In this document: positions 1 to 12,698 of the stretch, one piece after another
Layout: each line of letters opens with the position of its first letter
How positions within the stretch are numbered: position 1 is the stretch's first letter
Source: Cystobasidiomycetes sp. EMM_F5
Taxonomy: Eukaryota
Assembly: GCA_051047955.1 (NCBI GenBank)
Contig: JBPGPT010000023.1
Coordinates: 124,001 to 188,000 of the forward strand
DNA length: 64,000 bases
Reading direction: 5' to 3'
The notes under the pieces: generated by a model
The model's input: only the letters and a program-made list of their open reading frames with translations
Databases searched by the model: none
Told to the model about the DNA's origin: nothing
Made by a program: the position numbers and the translations under genes

Positions 1-1797
1 GAAGATAGTTTTCGTCGTTCGCTTGAGCGATAACGTGTGGAAGGAGGGCAGACGCCGCCCACTCGGCCCCAAACACTTCTGTCAACTTGCGTAGATTGAC
101 AGTCGCGGCCTCTCTGATGGAGAAGACAGGGTCGGCAAGCCAGCTCATGCAGAGATTGCCCAGCTTCTCATCGAAGAATGCCACACCGAGCTGTGTGGCG
201 AGGAGGGGAATATATTCGATGATGGCCTGACGGACTCTCCACTGTTTGTCCTCCGCAAGGGTGATGACGGCCGGCAACAATGCTTGTGATAACCGTTCGA
301 TGCCAATGACTGCATTTACTTGTTCGAGCTTGGAAATAATATTTAGTCTAACTTCGGGGAATTCATCCTTAAGCAGTTGCAGGAAGAGCGGTAAGAGGTG
401 TTCGATTGTATTGTCCTTTCCGAGCTGCGGAGCCAGTCCGCTTATCTGCGCCCCAAGCGCAGCCCGTACATGTTGTGAAGAGTCAGAGGCCAAGTCGCGC
501 ACGCATGGCATGAGACGAGCTAGGATTGTTTCAGCATTGATCAGCTTGGCGAAACCTGTATTAAGAAAACATAATGTTAGGCTTGCCACAAAGTATTCAG
601 TCAAGTTTACGTACCTGGAATTTGGCCAGCAGCAGCGGTTCGAACTTCTGCTTCCTGATCCTTGAGCAAATGGACGTAGGCGTTCACGAGCTCCTCTTTG
701 ACTATCTCCTCGCCCGCGGCCTCGGACAGCTGGTACCGCCACCTGTCAGACTATGCGTAAGTAACATGTAACAAGAAAACATACCTTGACGAAATTATCT
801 GCAACCATATAGCGGACCCTCCACGACTTGTCTTGTACCATACTCTTCATTGTCGAACCGAGGTACATTTTGCATTCGCCAGAGTCCATCGCGCTGGCAA
901 TGGCGATAAGAGAATCTACAGTCAACAGACGCACAGAATCTTGGTCGTCTGATGAAAGCTTCCGGAACACTGGCACTAGATCGCGTATCAGGGTCTCTTT
1001 GCCGAGTTGTCGAGACAAGCCGCCCATTTCCTTTGCGGCCGACCGACGGACCATAGGCGTATCATCCTGGCATAGAGCCGAAAACATCTTTACCATCTCC
1101 TCGCGCAAGGTAGTCACATTCGCCTCAGTCAGACTAGATGTAGGGGCAGTTGCAGAGAGAGCGGAAGTTGAGGGGTCACCGGAGGACACGGCCGAGTCGG
1201 ATGCCTGCGATGTGTTTATACGCCGGTATACGGATGCGTAGAGCGCCGTCGCCGAGCTTCGTGATGTAAACCACTCGCCCGTGCTAAGTCGACGTAGTAG
1301 CGGGAGGTACGCTTCAACAATCTGCGAAGGCGTGAGGACGGCGGCAACCTTGTTGATCGATTCAGCGGCCTGGGTGTACCAACAGTGCCCAATCAGCGAC
1401 ATTCCGTAATCTAGCCTCATAATGATGAAGGTACCTTTTCCCGTACGAGCGTTTCTTCGACCGCTGCAAGGTTCTCCAGCGGCCCTAGCAGCAGATGGGC
1501 ATGCGTTGGACCACCAATGTACTCTGCAAAGTTGCCCAATTCTTCCGCGAGCGCCAGCAGGACCTCGTCCTCGTCGTCGAGACTATCTTGGAGGAACGGC
1601 ACCAGTTCATCGCGCGACCTTTCAGGACCCAAGGCCAGGGCTATCGTGCTCAGCCTCCGTATTGCATTGAGGCGCAGCACCACGTCCTCGCTCTTGAGCT
1701 CGTCAATCAGGATAGCGAGCGGGTGCAGCGAGTTTGGGTCTGGCTGTTGACCGACGCCGCCTTCGTGCATGCCCTGCGAAGTCCCGGCCTGCTGCAT
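1..1797 (-). CDS. TPD3: Protein phosphatase 2A scaffold (A) subunit, HEAT repeats; 3' end lies outside the window
   Basis: [62 protein letters not shown] and [11 protein letters not shown] are PP2A-A hallmarks; intron 1434-1370 joins VREK|AAES. Confidence 0.96.
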
Positions 1798-2674
1798 CGT
1801 TTGGCAGAGTGTTGCTTGACTGCTGCGATGGATGTTGTCCGCTGCTGATGTATCGTGCTGCAGTAAATTATCGTCAAGTTTCGTATAGGTTTGTGGTCAA
1901 AAGGGGACCTGAGGTGAGAGGAGCCAGATGACGGGTTGGCTCAAGTCGGAATAATTGGCAAAGCTGATGTTGGATTTGGCGCTGACACGGCTAACGCTGA
2001 CGAGAATATAAGTCTGTGCTAACGAACATGCCTGGTAATTCGCGGGTCTTGGCTGAACTTGCCCGCCGGCCGCCTGCATCACCGTACACCATATCATACT
2101 ATGCTCGCAATTAATCCAGAGGCAGAACACACCAGGCTACTATCCGCGCTTTCACGGCGAGAGGGACGAGCATTCACAGTCGTCGAGTCCTCAAACATAC
2201 AAAGACATCTGGAACCCCGCACTACTGGAAAAACAGGGCATTGGTACAATTCACGATGATACCGCTCACCGTTTTGATACAGCCTCGATGCTGGTGGCAG
2301 CGTTCTAAATCGCTCTGTTGCTGTTCCATACGTGCCCTACTCTTCACCTGTCCGTAGTGAATCCAACTCAGAGCTCAAAGCCCACCGCATTAAATTGCGT
2401 CAGGATCCATTCTATGGGCACAATTCCTGAGCCAGCTCTGTCTGCGAATGGCGAAGTCTGTCCGTCAGCGGCCGACGAATCTGGCGCATATCGCAAATTG
2501 TCTCCCACTCACAGCATCAAACAAAGTCGGTCATAACGGTTCATTATGATTTAGAAGTAAATCGACCAATAATAGTGTGTACCTTTCTTAGACAAGTCAC
2601 TAGTCTTCGTAGAATATCTGAGTTGTACTAGATACATTATACTGTATCCTCACACCGACTTAAACAACGTCAAC

Positions 2675-3148
2675 ATGGACGACCTTACCTACCTCAACAG
2701 CGTCGTGCCGTCTACAAATAGCACGTCCCATGCAACTGCTACCGTTGTTGACAGTGCAGGGCCCACAATATCCACACCTTCGTCGGTTGCTGGCGAGAAC
2801 ACCCAAGCAATCATCGACAGCCCCGCAAGTCTAGCTACACTGCAAAACACGATCCGGGACATACTATGTGACGCTGCCGGAAAAGACCTTGACGAGCGGA
2901 CTATGGGAATACTGCTGCGTAAATTGGACGAGGCCGACGATGTCACAACGGGCCTCGAGGTCCGGTTAGATCACCTATTGGACGAGCTGGATGAGATGCT
3001 CGAGAGCATGGATCAAGTCACAGACAAGAGCACGACGGAAAACAGCGTTGCTCCGTTACCACCGTCACGCAAAGCCGAGAGTCGTGCAGAATCATCAAAC
3101 TCCTTCGCAAATGATACAAACCCAGACTCGGCAGAGAAGGAGAGCTAG
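2675..3148 (+). CDS. Small acidic coiled-coil hypothetical protein
   Basis: Intact 157-aa ATG ORF with heptad segment LLRKLDEADDVTTGLEVRLDHLLDELDEMLESM. Confidence 0.65.
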   Translation: MDDLTYLNSVVPSTNSTSHATATVVDSAGPTISTPSSVAGENTQAIIDSPASLATLQNTIRDILCDAAGKDLDERTMGILLRKLDEADDVTTGLEVRLDHLLDELDEMLESMDQVTDKSTTENSVAPLPPSRKAESRAESSNSFANDTNPDSAEKES

Positions 3149-3605
3149 GATCAATGCAAAGATGTCGTTGCATAACGGCCACAGCTTGTCCTACCGCACT
3201 ACCTGGAACAAGACCCGTCATCGGCAAAGATCAGTCCAAAGACGTGCTCTTTGACGATATGTACAATCAAGCGGACGCGCAAATGCACAAATCAGATTGA
3301 CGAAGTCGATGCTGCACAAGCGCTCAAACCAAGCGCAGCGCTGGTTATGCACAGCGGCCTCAAACAGTGTGCTTTTCTCCGCAAACGTTCCGCTGAGATT
3401 TTAAGAGTAACAACTCTGGTTTCGCGCAGGGTGCCTAGACACGCCTCTCGTGACCTCCGACACTCCGTCAGCTCTGCAGCAGCCGCGATTAATCGTCAAG
3501 GCGGACGTCGTGCAGTTTCGAGATTAGTAACACCCCCGAACATGCATGGACAGTTTACAGGCTGCCGTTACACGGCAATGTACGCAGGATATATCACGAA
3601 AAAGT

Positions 3606-4017
3606 CTACGAAAAGTCCAGTTTGCGATAGCCAGTGACCTGCGTGCAGTACACATAGCCTTTAGCCGATACCCACACGTCGTTACATTGCCAACGCTCAC
3701 CCTGTGCGTTCGGATCATACCGAGATACTTCTCCGCAAGCTCGTGACATGATTGGTAGTGGTTGACGCCTTCTTCCCGCCAGCACTTTGCCAGCTCTTCG
3801 CGAACTAGCCTTGCCTCCATTGTGTTGACCCAATCTGACCGGATTTTGGCCTCGCGAGCCTCGATGACCGCTGTATATGAGAGTTGGCGATTGCATAAGT
3901 TATCGCATAGGTTATTGCAGCGTACAATTATGCGTGTATCCCGTCAGAATCGTCCTCTTTGTGCAGATTGGCCAGCGTTTCCTCACCTCGGTAGTCTTCC
4001 AACGTCGGCTTCGACAT
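3606..4017 (-). CDS. Mitochondrial complex I accessory subunit, NDUFB10/12-kDa type
   Basis: Spliced MSKPTLEDYR...MEARLVREELAKCWREEGVNHYQSCHELAEKYL...VTGYRKLDFS*, with the C-x3-EGVNH-x3-C signature. Confidence 0.88.
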
Positions 4018-4242
4018 GACTCAAAGCTGCCGCTGCTCTCCAGAGCAGTGCCGACAGTCCAGCAGGATACGAGAATTGACGGTGGTGGGCAAGGAATCAA
4101 GATAATAAGTGCGACTTTGAGCTGGTTGACCTTGACGCTCGATCGAGTCGCACTGTTCCGCTATGCGCTGGCTGATGCTCTGACAACTGTGGACATCTGG
4201 GTCGCGAAAGAGAAGCCATACAACAATGAAAGCCTGACTCAA

Positions 4243-5200
4243 ATGGCTGAATCAGCAGAGCAAACAGCTAATTTGGCTGATGAGACCGACTACAATACCG
4301 ATACTCTGTTCGGAGTGCCATTCCGCCCCAAATCCTTCCATTACGGCGAGAAGTTACACGTCGTTCCTGCAAACATCGAAGGAAAAGCGCTCACTCTGCT
4401 TGCGAACGGCGTCTTCAATTCGGCACTCGTGTTTTCGGAATGGATAGATAGGGGCTTTCTGAAAATTGTTCATGGGTGTAGCGGTAAGCTTGTCCCGACT
4501 CCAACGTTCTCGTCCGTATTTGAGGTTCTTTGTATCAGTTCTCGAGCTCGGTGCAGGAACTGGACTCCCTTCACTGCGACTTCTGCAAGACCAGACAATT
4601 TCATTAAGGCAATGCGTCGTCACAGATTATCCATCGGACGAGATACTGCAGCCGTTACGAGACAACTTCTCCCGCCTTCAGCTTATTGAGAACGTGGAAG
4701 TCGCGGGCTTAGACTGGAATGATATCGAGCAGATTGGCCACATCAAATCGTTCAGCGGATCTGAAAACAAAGAAACGGGCTTCGACCTCATTCTGGCTGC
4801 TGATCTGCTGTGGTATACTGACGCCCATGCTGCGCTGTCCAATGTAATCTGTCGGCTTTTACGGAACCCTCAAAGCTGCGAACGCAAGAAGACCACACCC
4901 CGCGCACTTTTGGCGACCGGAAAATACGTCAAGCGCGCCAATCTTTACTCATTTCTGGAGATGATTGTAAAGAATGGCTTGTCATGGCGGGAGCTGTCTG
5001 TAGATTCTCCTGAAGATGCAGGTGAATGGCAATCAAAAAATCGCGAGTGGCCATCAGTGCCATGGAAGTCAGACACGCCTGTCTGGTGGCAGGACGAAGA
5101 CGGACAACGAGAGTATCTGAGTGTGGATAACCTTAGCGAGCGCAAGAACACAGTCTGGATATTCGAAATTCGTTGGCCTCAACGGCTTGCGTCCAGCTGA
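4243..5200 (+). CDS. SAM-dependent protein methyltransferase, family 16 (EFM7/NNT1-like)
   Basis: VLELGAGTGLPSL, VVTDYP, GLDW and FDLILAADLLW motifs; one intron near 4484-4538. Confidence 0.88.
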
Positions 5201-5421
5201 CAAGTCAAATTCTCGATCAGAATGCTCGCAGGTAAGCAAAGCATCTTACACCGGCAGCGCTGTTTCTGAGGACTTCCCGTGTGCAGAAGTTCTGCGGATA
5301 CCATCCCTCTGCAACAGCCTCTCAAGGTCCAGAGGCAAAGATTGAGTTCGCTCAAATACTATGCTCTCAATCATATTTTCACGTCTTGAGCTGTGATTAA
5401 AACTCACTGCGTACTACTGGC

Positions 5422-6865
5422 ATGTCGGATAACTTGTTTCTGAGCCTTGATCGGACCCTATACGAAAGCCTTACGCCACCTGCACAGAGCCAATTGTTGG
5501 AGACAGTCAAGCTTATCGACGATGGAGTATTTGGAAGTCAAATAATCGCGTGGAGCGTATTTACCATTCTAGTGTACGACCTCGTCGCCTCTATACATTT
5601 GGAGATCAAGTAAGAAATCCGCCATTGAGCCGCTCTGGTGGTCAACCTCATATTGATCCATGCCGATCCGACTCTTTAGATCCATCTGGAAGGCCAAATT
5701 GTCATTCACCAAAGGTACTCATGCGCGCTCTTTCAAACAACAACAGCTCGCAGTGTCTGACTCTGTCAGCGCAGTGCTGTTTCTGTGGACTCGATATACG
5801 TTCTTCTTGATTCTGGCATACGCGGTAAATAATCTTCCATACAGATATGTCGAAGTCCGACATTTGCTAGACAGCTCGCGCTGTATCACGGACCGTGGAC
5901 ACCCAAGACTTGCGCGCCTATTAGGAACATTGTTGGATTTCTGCCTGCACTGGTGGTAGGTCCGCTTCCTAGTCGTACTCTGATGCCCCACAAATTTAGT
6001 TCATTCTGTTTCAGATCGTACCGACGCATCTCTTGCTCATACTGCGAGCTTGGGCAGTAATGAACAGACGGTCATGGGTTTTGTATACAACACTTCCGCT
6101 AGTGGCTCTAGAATTGGGATTGATGAGCTGGGCGACATTTCACGATTCACCTGGGAGTATGTCACAACCGCTGTTCTACACCCAAACATTAGCCTGACTG
6201 TGAACCCAACAGTGGTCCCATTCATCCGTCCACGAGGGCCGTGCTTCATGTCGGCTCGAGCATACCAAGGTTTTGCATACTATGTACGTTCTCACGAACA
6301 TTGTCTGGCTCCTCCGCATTGACATGCAAATTAGGCCACGACCTGCTTCCTCGACATATACGTGACCTGCATCGTGATATATAAATGCTGGAGTATCAAA
6401 AGATTTGCCGGACGTATCAGAATATCCGGGCTTGTCAGCTTCTTATTTTCGCAAAGCATAGCCTACTACGTCATCATAGCAGGGACCGTACGTTTCCGCG
6501 TACATAAAGGCGCCTTTCTGCTGACTTTGACGAACAAACAGAATGCTCTCAATTTGTAGGCCTACTTCGATTTTGCGGCTGTGCATGTTACATTGACGTA
6601 TAGCCTGCCTTACAAGTATCTACATGGCCGTAAATGCGAACACGCCTACAAAGTTCCAGCAGTAAGCAGACGGTTGTCCTTAGCAAGTGTTCGACCTGCT
6701 GAGGTCGACGTTCTAAGATTCACACAACTAGCGGTATTGACGCAAGTGCAATTGACTCTTAGAATGGTGCTCACCTTGAAGCAGGAACCCGTTACAACGG
6801 ACAATCGCGCACCTATTCCGCTTCTGGCCGTAACACATTCGCCCGAAGTCCGAATTACACCATAG
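5422..6865 (+). CDS. Multi-pass (about 7 TM) DUF6533-type membrane protein, paralog 1
   Basis: FTILVYD...LEIKSIWKAKLSFTKVLFLWTRY, LLILRAW, FLDIY, RMVLTLK; multi-exon; colinear with the next two genes. Confidence 0.8.
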
Positions 6866-7262
6866 CTACATGGTGCCGCGGAGACAAAGACGTTTCTGAT
6901 GGACGTGTATGATACTGTATCTCCCACTTATGTGCCATTTCCCAAAGACTACATGGCAGAGAGGCTACGGTGATGCAAGAACTTCACAATCCTAAGAAAT
7001 TCCTCTCAGCCTTGACACATAATTTTACAATTTGCGACCACCTCGCATGGCTGACGCAGCGAAAACAAATGCATAACGGCGATGTGAAGGGCATCTCCCC
7101 TCTGCCGGAAAATACCATAGCATTCTGACCATCACACCTGAAGTTGGAGATTAGGCGGCAGCGATCCGATGTAGCGTCGCCGAACCGGTGTTCTCGCCGA
7201 GCAGTAAGATGGCGAAGGTTGGTTGTGGCTTCTCCTTGCGCCCTGCCAACTTCAACATCGCC

Positions 7263-8661
7263 ATGTCCGCAGAAGACCTCTTTGCGATTCTCAATCGTGA
7301 CTTCTACTCGGCGTTGTCTCCGGCTGCTCAAATCCAAATCAGCAATGCTGTCGACCTCATCGAGCGAGGGCTATACACCAGCGGCCTAACAGCTTGGTGC
7401 ACTCTGATAGTAACGCTATACGATACCGTTGCCTGCTTTTCGCTAGAAAAGCGATATATGTGGCCTGGTGGAATATCGTTGATAAAGGTAAGAAGAATGG
7501 GTTCGGTGCCGGAGTCTACCGTATTGGCTTACGTACCACGTATTTACAGGTCCTCTACTTCTTTACGAGATACATATACGTACTTGCGCAAGCATATCTG
7601 GTGAGTTATTTCATAACATCGCACTATATGGGTGTTGGCGTCTGACACTGTATGACGGGCAGGTTTCGCTGTTCCATGCTCCGTGGACTCCATCTTCGTG
7701 CAGACCCGTTTTACATCTGGTTGGCCTGATTCCGATAACTGTCGTAAGAATCTATCTGTATGTGGTTTGCAAGTGTTCTGACACTCCGCAGGCTGTACCA
7801 ACGCATATTTTGCTGATGATTCGAGCCTGGGCCGTGTGCGAGAGGAAAATGTGGATCTTGCTAACGACAATTCCCTTGATCTGCCTCGAGACCGCCATGA
7901 TTGTTTACTCTTCGTATGCCACGGATGACAGTCAGTCATGTCAGCTCGCGCCCAACTCACGCGCTGACTGCACTTTCGTCATGGCTGAAGTGGTGCCTTT
8001 TGTCGGAAAGACTGGGGCTTGTCTCCTGAGCGGATCGCCGTTGTCCGGGGTAGCTTTCCATGTGAGGGTTTCTGCGGGTCATGTTAGGCATATTTTACTG
8101 ATAGTCTCGTTCAAGACTACTACGACCTTCTTGGATCTTTATCTGATGGCGATCGTTATTGTCAAGACTTGGCAGATGAAGAGGATCCAGAAGGGCGTAG
8201 TGGCTAGCAGCCTCATCAATTTCATCTTTTCTCACAGCCTCACCTCATACATTGTAATCGCTGTCGCAGTGAGTGCAGCACAATACCGAGGCTGTCCCTG
8301 CTCGAGCTGAGATATTTTATCTTGCTGGGTGAGGGCAGGCTGCAATCAATCTGTCAGATCGAAACATTGCCAGCGAACTACGATATACTTTACTGATCAA
8401 TGCAACCGAATGCAGATTCTGGATGGGCTTCCGAATGCAGCACAGCGATTTTACAGAGTGAGCATTTGCCTACTTAGCAGACCGGCAAGTACCCAATTTA
8501 ACACTTCGTGTCAAAGGTTGGCCATGATTTCGGTAACGCTGCAAGCCTTGCTGACGCTTCGGATGATACTGTCTTTGAAAGTGGAGGCGGTCCAGGAGAA
8601 ACAGAACTCGGATACAGACACGTTCCCACTTCGTGTTCGCTCGAACATAGTCAGCAGGTAG
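7263..8661 (+). CDS. Multi-pass (about 7 TM) DUF6533-type membrane protein, paralog 2
   Basis: MSAEDLF...TLYD...LEKRYMWP...VLYFFTRY, LLMIRAWAV, FLDLY, RMILSLK. Confidence 0.82.
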
Positions 8662-9111
8662 ATTGCAGGACCTGTTGCTCATACTTTGTCGGCTACAATA
8701 GGATGGCAAGACCGACAGCCATACGAGCTTCGATGGTTTACTAAGTATCTGGTGTATGGCAACGTGAGGGTCTCCGTCTTTCAACGCAAATTAACGTCGG
8801 GTCCGCTCACGTCTGTCGCAATTGACGATTACAATCAGCTGACGTCTCACGCGATGGTTCAACAAAGCAAACGTGATCGCGTGACCATCTTCGCAGCTCC
8901 TCGCGTCTCATCTGTGCCAATTTGCCTTGCTTTCAGGCCGAGCGTGAGGCCGAATTTTACGAGTCTTAGAAGTCAGAAGACTTCCGGAGCCCATCCGGTG
9001 TATGACATGGGACCGTCACTTGACCTTCTGGCCGAGCAAGAAAGATTACTCTTTGACTTTATCGTGTCCGCTCCTCTCCCACTCCTGGTCTATCACTGAA
9101 ACTGCGACAGG

Positions 9112-10476
9112 ATGTCTGCGGAAGATCTCTTTGCGAGCCTCAATCGGGATTTCTATGGCCAACTTACGCCGGCTGCCCAAGCCCAGATCTCAGCGACCAT
9201 CGAACTCATCGAACACGGACTTTACACCAGTGGCTTGACTTCTTGCTGTACGTTCGCCGTTGTGCTCTATGATACGATCGCAAGCTTTCTCCTGGAACGT
9301 AAATACATGTGGCCAGCTAAGCTGTCGCTGATGAAGGTGCGAACGAAACCGCGCACACGGCCTTCTCAGCCACTCTTACGAGAACTCTAGGTCCTATACT
9401 TCTTCACGAGGTACATGTACTTGCTTGAAGAAGCCTATGTCGTGTGTATTCTGTGACTCTTGGTTATCGTCAGACAGCTTACACGCTCTACTGCTCAGAT
9501 AGCTCTTTTCTACGGACCATGGACGCCTGCTTCATGTCGACCCGTTATGCATCTAGTCGGTTTGCTACCGATCTTTGTGGTAGAAACCTTAGCCACAACA
9601 GGCCTACATTCGCTGAAATGCGGCGTTCATAGGTTGTCCCAACCCATGCCCTGTTGATGATACGCGCTTGGGCGATATGGGAGAGGAAGAAATGGATCCT
9701 GTTCACGACTATACCACTGATGGTGGTCGAATCTGGACTTATGGCCTTCGCAGCTTATGACACGGACACCAGTCAGTACACCCGATGGCCTCATCGCATT
9801 TTGGAGAGCTGATCACAATTACTTGTACAACGTGGCAGTGGTCCCCTTCGTTCGCAAGACTGGAAGCTGCCTGATCAGCGGAGTGGCAGGCCACGGCGTT
9901 GCATTCCACGTATGTCGGTGAACGATCAGAGGCCACAATGTCTGAACTCGTGTTTTCCCAGGCTACTATTAGCTTCCTGGACCTATACCTGACCGGCCTG
10001 GTCATCTCTAAGACTTGGCACCTGAAGCGGATGCAACGTGGAGTTGCTTTCAAGTCTCTGGGAAATTTCATCTTCTCACAGAGCCTTGGATACTATCTCG
10101 TCATTGCTGGAGCGGTCAGTTCGGCACATTAGTGCTCACAAGCAAAGCTTACATGTTGTCATGTTTCAGGCTGTCACCAACCTGTAAGCCAATACTTGAT
10201 GGATGAAACATAAGCTGACAAGCAGCGACAAAGTATATGGATGAGCCTTAGGATGCAATATAGTGACTTCACTCAGTGAGTTTCTGGCAAGCGAGGTCTA
10301 TCAACGAGCCTGAAAATGCTTGTCGGCACAGATTGTCCATGATTGCGACTACGACGCAGATTCTATTGACCCTGCGGATGACGCTCTCGCTGAAGATTGA
10401 ATCAGCTACCTCCGAACATCAGCAAGCTTCATTGCCGTTGCAGATCCGTTCGAGTCTGTCAACCTCGACGAAATAA
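9112..10476 (+). CDS. Multi-pass (about 7 TM) DUF6533-type membrane protein, paralog 3
   Basis: MSAEDLF...VLYD...LERKYMWP...VLYFFTRY, LLMIRAWAI, FLDLY, RMTLSLK. Confidence 0.82.
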
Positions 10477-10610
10477 GAGATGAGTGCGCGAGGATATAGC
10501 TAGACAAGCAATAATTGTAGCCAGCGACCAATATTAAAATCAATGTAGCGTGCATGCCAGGATGAAACACAAATTTTGGCAACGTCCTGCGTTTCGTTTC
10601 GCCCAAAGCC

Positions 10611-11321
10611 ATGTCTTCCACGAATGCGACAGTTTCGCCAGCTGGCTTGCCGGGACTGTCCCTTGAGCACCTCTTTACGCTCGAGTGCAGTGTAGGGACT
10701 CCATTGGTTGTGGGAGACAGCGGTCTTGGTGAGTTGGAAGGAGAGCTGGCCGTTCTTGTCAACAGTCCGAGCTCAGGGTGTGGACTTGGAGGCTCCGAGC
10801 GGCGTGTGATACCAATCACAGGTGGACGATTCAATGGACAAATCAACGGCGAATGCATGAACCTTGGCTTTGATGCGCTTCTGATGCAGGACAACATGAC
10901 GGCGAGGTAGTCTGCCCCGGTATTTTAGTACCTCCGGCATACTAATTGGACAATCTCCGCAACAGACCTGACGCTAAATACTGCCTGAAGACGAATGAAG
11001 GTGAATACATCCTCGTCCATTCCGAAGGTGTGAGATATCCTCCAGGAATCACAAGTACGTTGAATGCTTGCTGGACTTATAACCATCCTTCATCTGATTG
11101 AGCGCGTAGACCAGCGAGGCGAAGAAGCCAAGAAGCTGGCTAGCCAACAACACGTCTCCACATATACTTTCCAACTTCGACTCCGATTGGAGACTGGCAG
11201 TCCTCGTCTGGCATACCTTAATTCGGCCATTATCGTAGGATCCGCTCAAAGGCAGGATGCAGCCGTTATATACGACGCATATATCGTCCAACAGCACCTG
11301 CCAAGGAGTGTGAAGCTGTGA
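10611..11321 (+). CDS. DUF3237/UPF0311 family protein
   Basis: RRVIPITGGRFNG, DAKYCLKTNEGEYILV and RLETGSPRLAYLNSAIIVG...VIYDAY match the family pattern. Confidence 0.85.
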
Positions 11322-11501
11322 CAGCGGTGTCGCCAGTCTTATCGTGTGTGCCGCCTGTTGTTGCAGAGATCATGCAGCTGTTGACGCGTGCTACAGCATG
11401 TCCCTGACAAACCAGTTCGATTTGCGGCTGATATGTTGGGATTGATATGGGGTACGAGGAATCATTGTTGTCCATCGCCTCGCAGTGTACAGTAGTCCCG
11501 A

Positions 11502-12519
11502 CTAGCCTTGCCAAATCTTGATCTGTCCGTCACTTCCCGCCGTGACAAAATGACTGCCCTTGTCTGCATTTGGGTTATGGTCAACCCACATCACGCTCTT
11601 GTCGTGAGCCTTTTCGGATGCAATGACATGCTTGCCGTCTGCGAGATCCCACCTCCAGACTTTGCCTTCTTCGTCTCCAGCTAGCACTGTAGCTTCGCCA
11701 TGGCCAAACGTAGAGTGTATCCGGTACGACTTATTGACATGGCCAGCATAGCGTTGCAACTCAGACCCGTCTTGCCGGTCCATAAGATGTAAAGTGCTGT
11801 CCAGTGCCGTGACGAGCATCGTTTGCCCATCTTTAGTGAGGGAGACTGAGGTTACAGGCTCTGAGAGGAGAGGGCAGAGGTGTCAGTATTGCCGGGGGTA
11901 GCAGAGACATAATATTCTTCATACGGTCAAAGAAGTCGGCTCGAAGCTCGCCTGCGCGAACATCGTAAGTTCTGACATGACCGTCTACGCAGCTGGCGAT
12001 AATTTCGCGGTCATGCATGACAATGCATGTGATGCTATCGCGAGCATCTTGCAAGACCTGGATCGGTCGACCCTGTTGACTGCGAAGGTCCCATAACCGA
12101 ACCGTTGCGTCAAAACTGCCCGATGCCAGCACCGTAGAATCCGAATTGAAGGCTACGGCGTTAATACGTGATGTATGTCCAGAGAAGCGCTTGATGACTG
12201 CTGAAGATGGCACGTCCCAGTAGATAGCGCTTCAATCGAAAAGTGGGCATTTAGCAGATGTTCTATTTCGCTTCACATGCTTTCCGACTCACTTCCTGTC
12301 ACCTCCACAGCTCGCAAAGCGGCTGTTGTCATGGGCTACCGCGATTCCTAAAACTTCGTACCCATGTCCGGTATATGCATTCACTTTCGATCCAGTGTCT
12401 GCATTCACTAGCTGGATGGTCCGGTCGGCTCCGCCAGAGAGAATGTATGTACCGCCAACGTTGTAGACGGCTACGTTTGCAGCACCCTTGGCGTGCGAGT
12501 AGGAGTGCAGAAGTTGCAT
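11502..12519 (-). CDS. WD40 protein, WDR83/MORG1-like
   Basis: YTGHGYEVLGIAVAHDNSRFASCGGDR, SGSFDATVRLWDLRS, CVDGHVRTYDVRAG, GHVNKSYR. Confidence 0.88.
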
Positions 12520-12698
12520 GGGCTAATCATCGAGTTGTACCGAAGTCCACAGCAGAAGAGCATACTAGTAAAAGAGGCAATGAAAAGCCTGGGTTTTGCT
12601 GTATGATATTGGCGACATTTTTACAATAGACAAAGCCGAAACAACACAATACTACTCAAAGCGTACTGCAAATTGTGACCCCCAGTCGGAACATCCTG

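Noticed and set aside
1800..2670. Small ORFs in an intergenic region (also 33150-34000, 60200-61050)
   Set aside because: No motif, splice logic or RNA structure I could support
4243..11321. Methyltransferase, 7-TM trio and DUF3237 as one functional cluster
   Set aside because: Shared orientation is the only link; no biosynthetic core gene or shared motif seen
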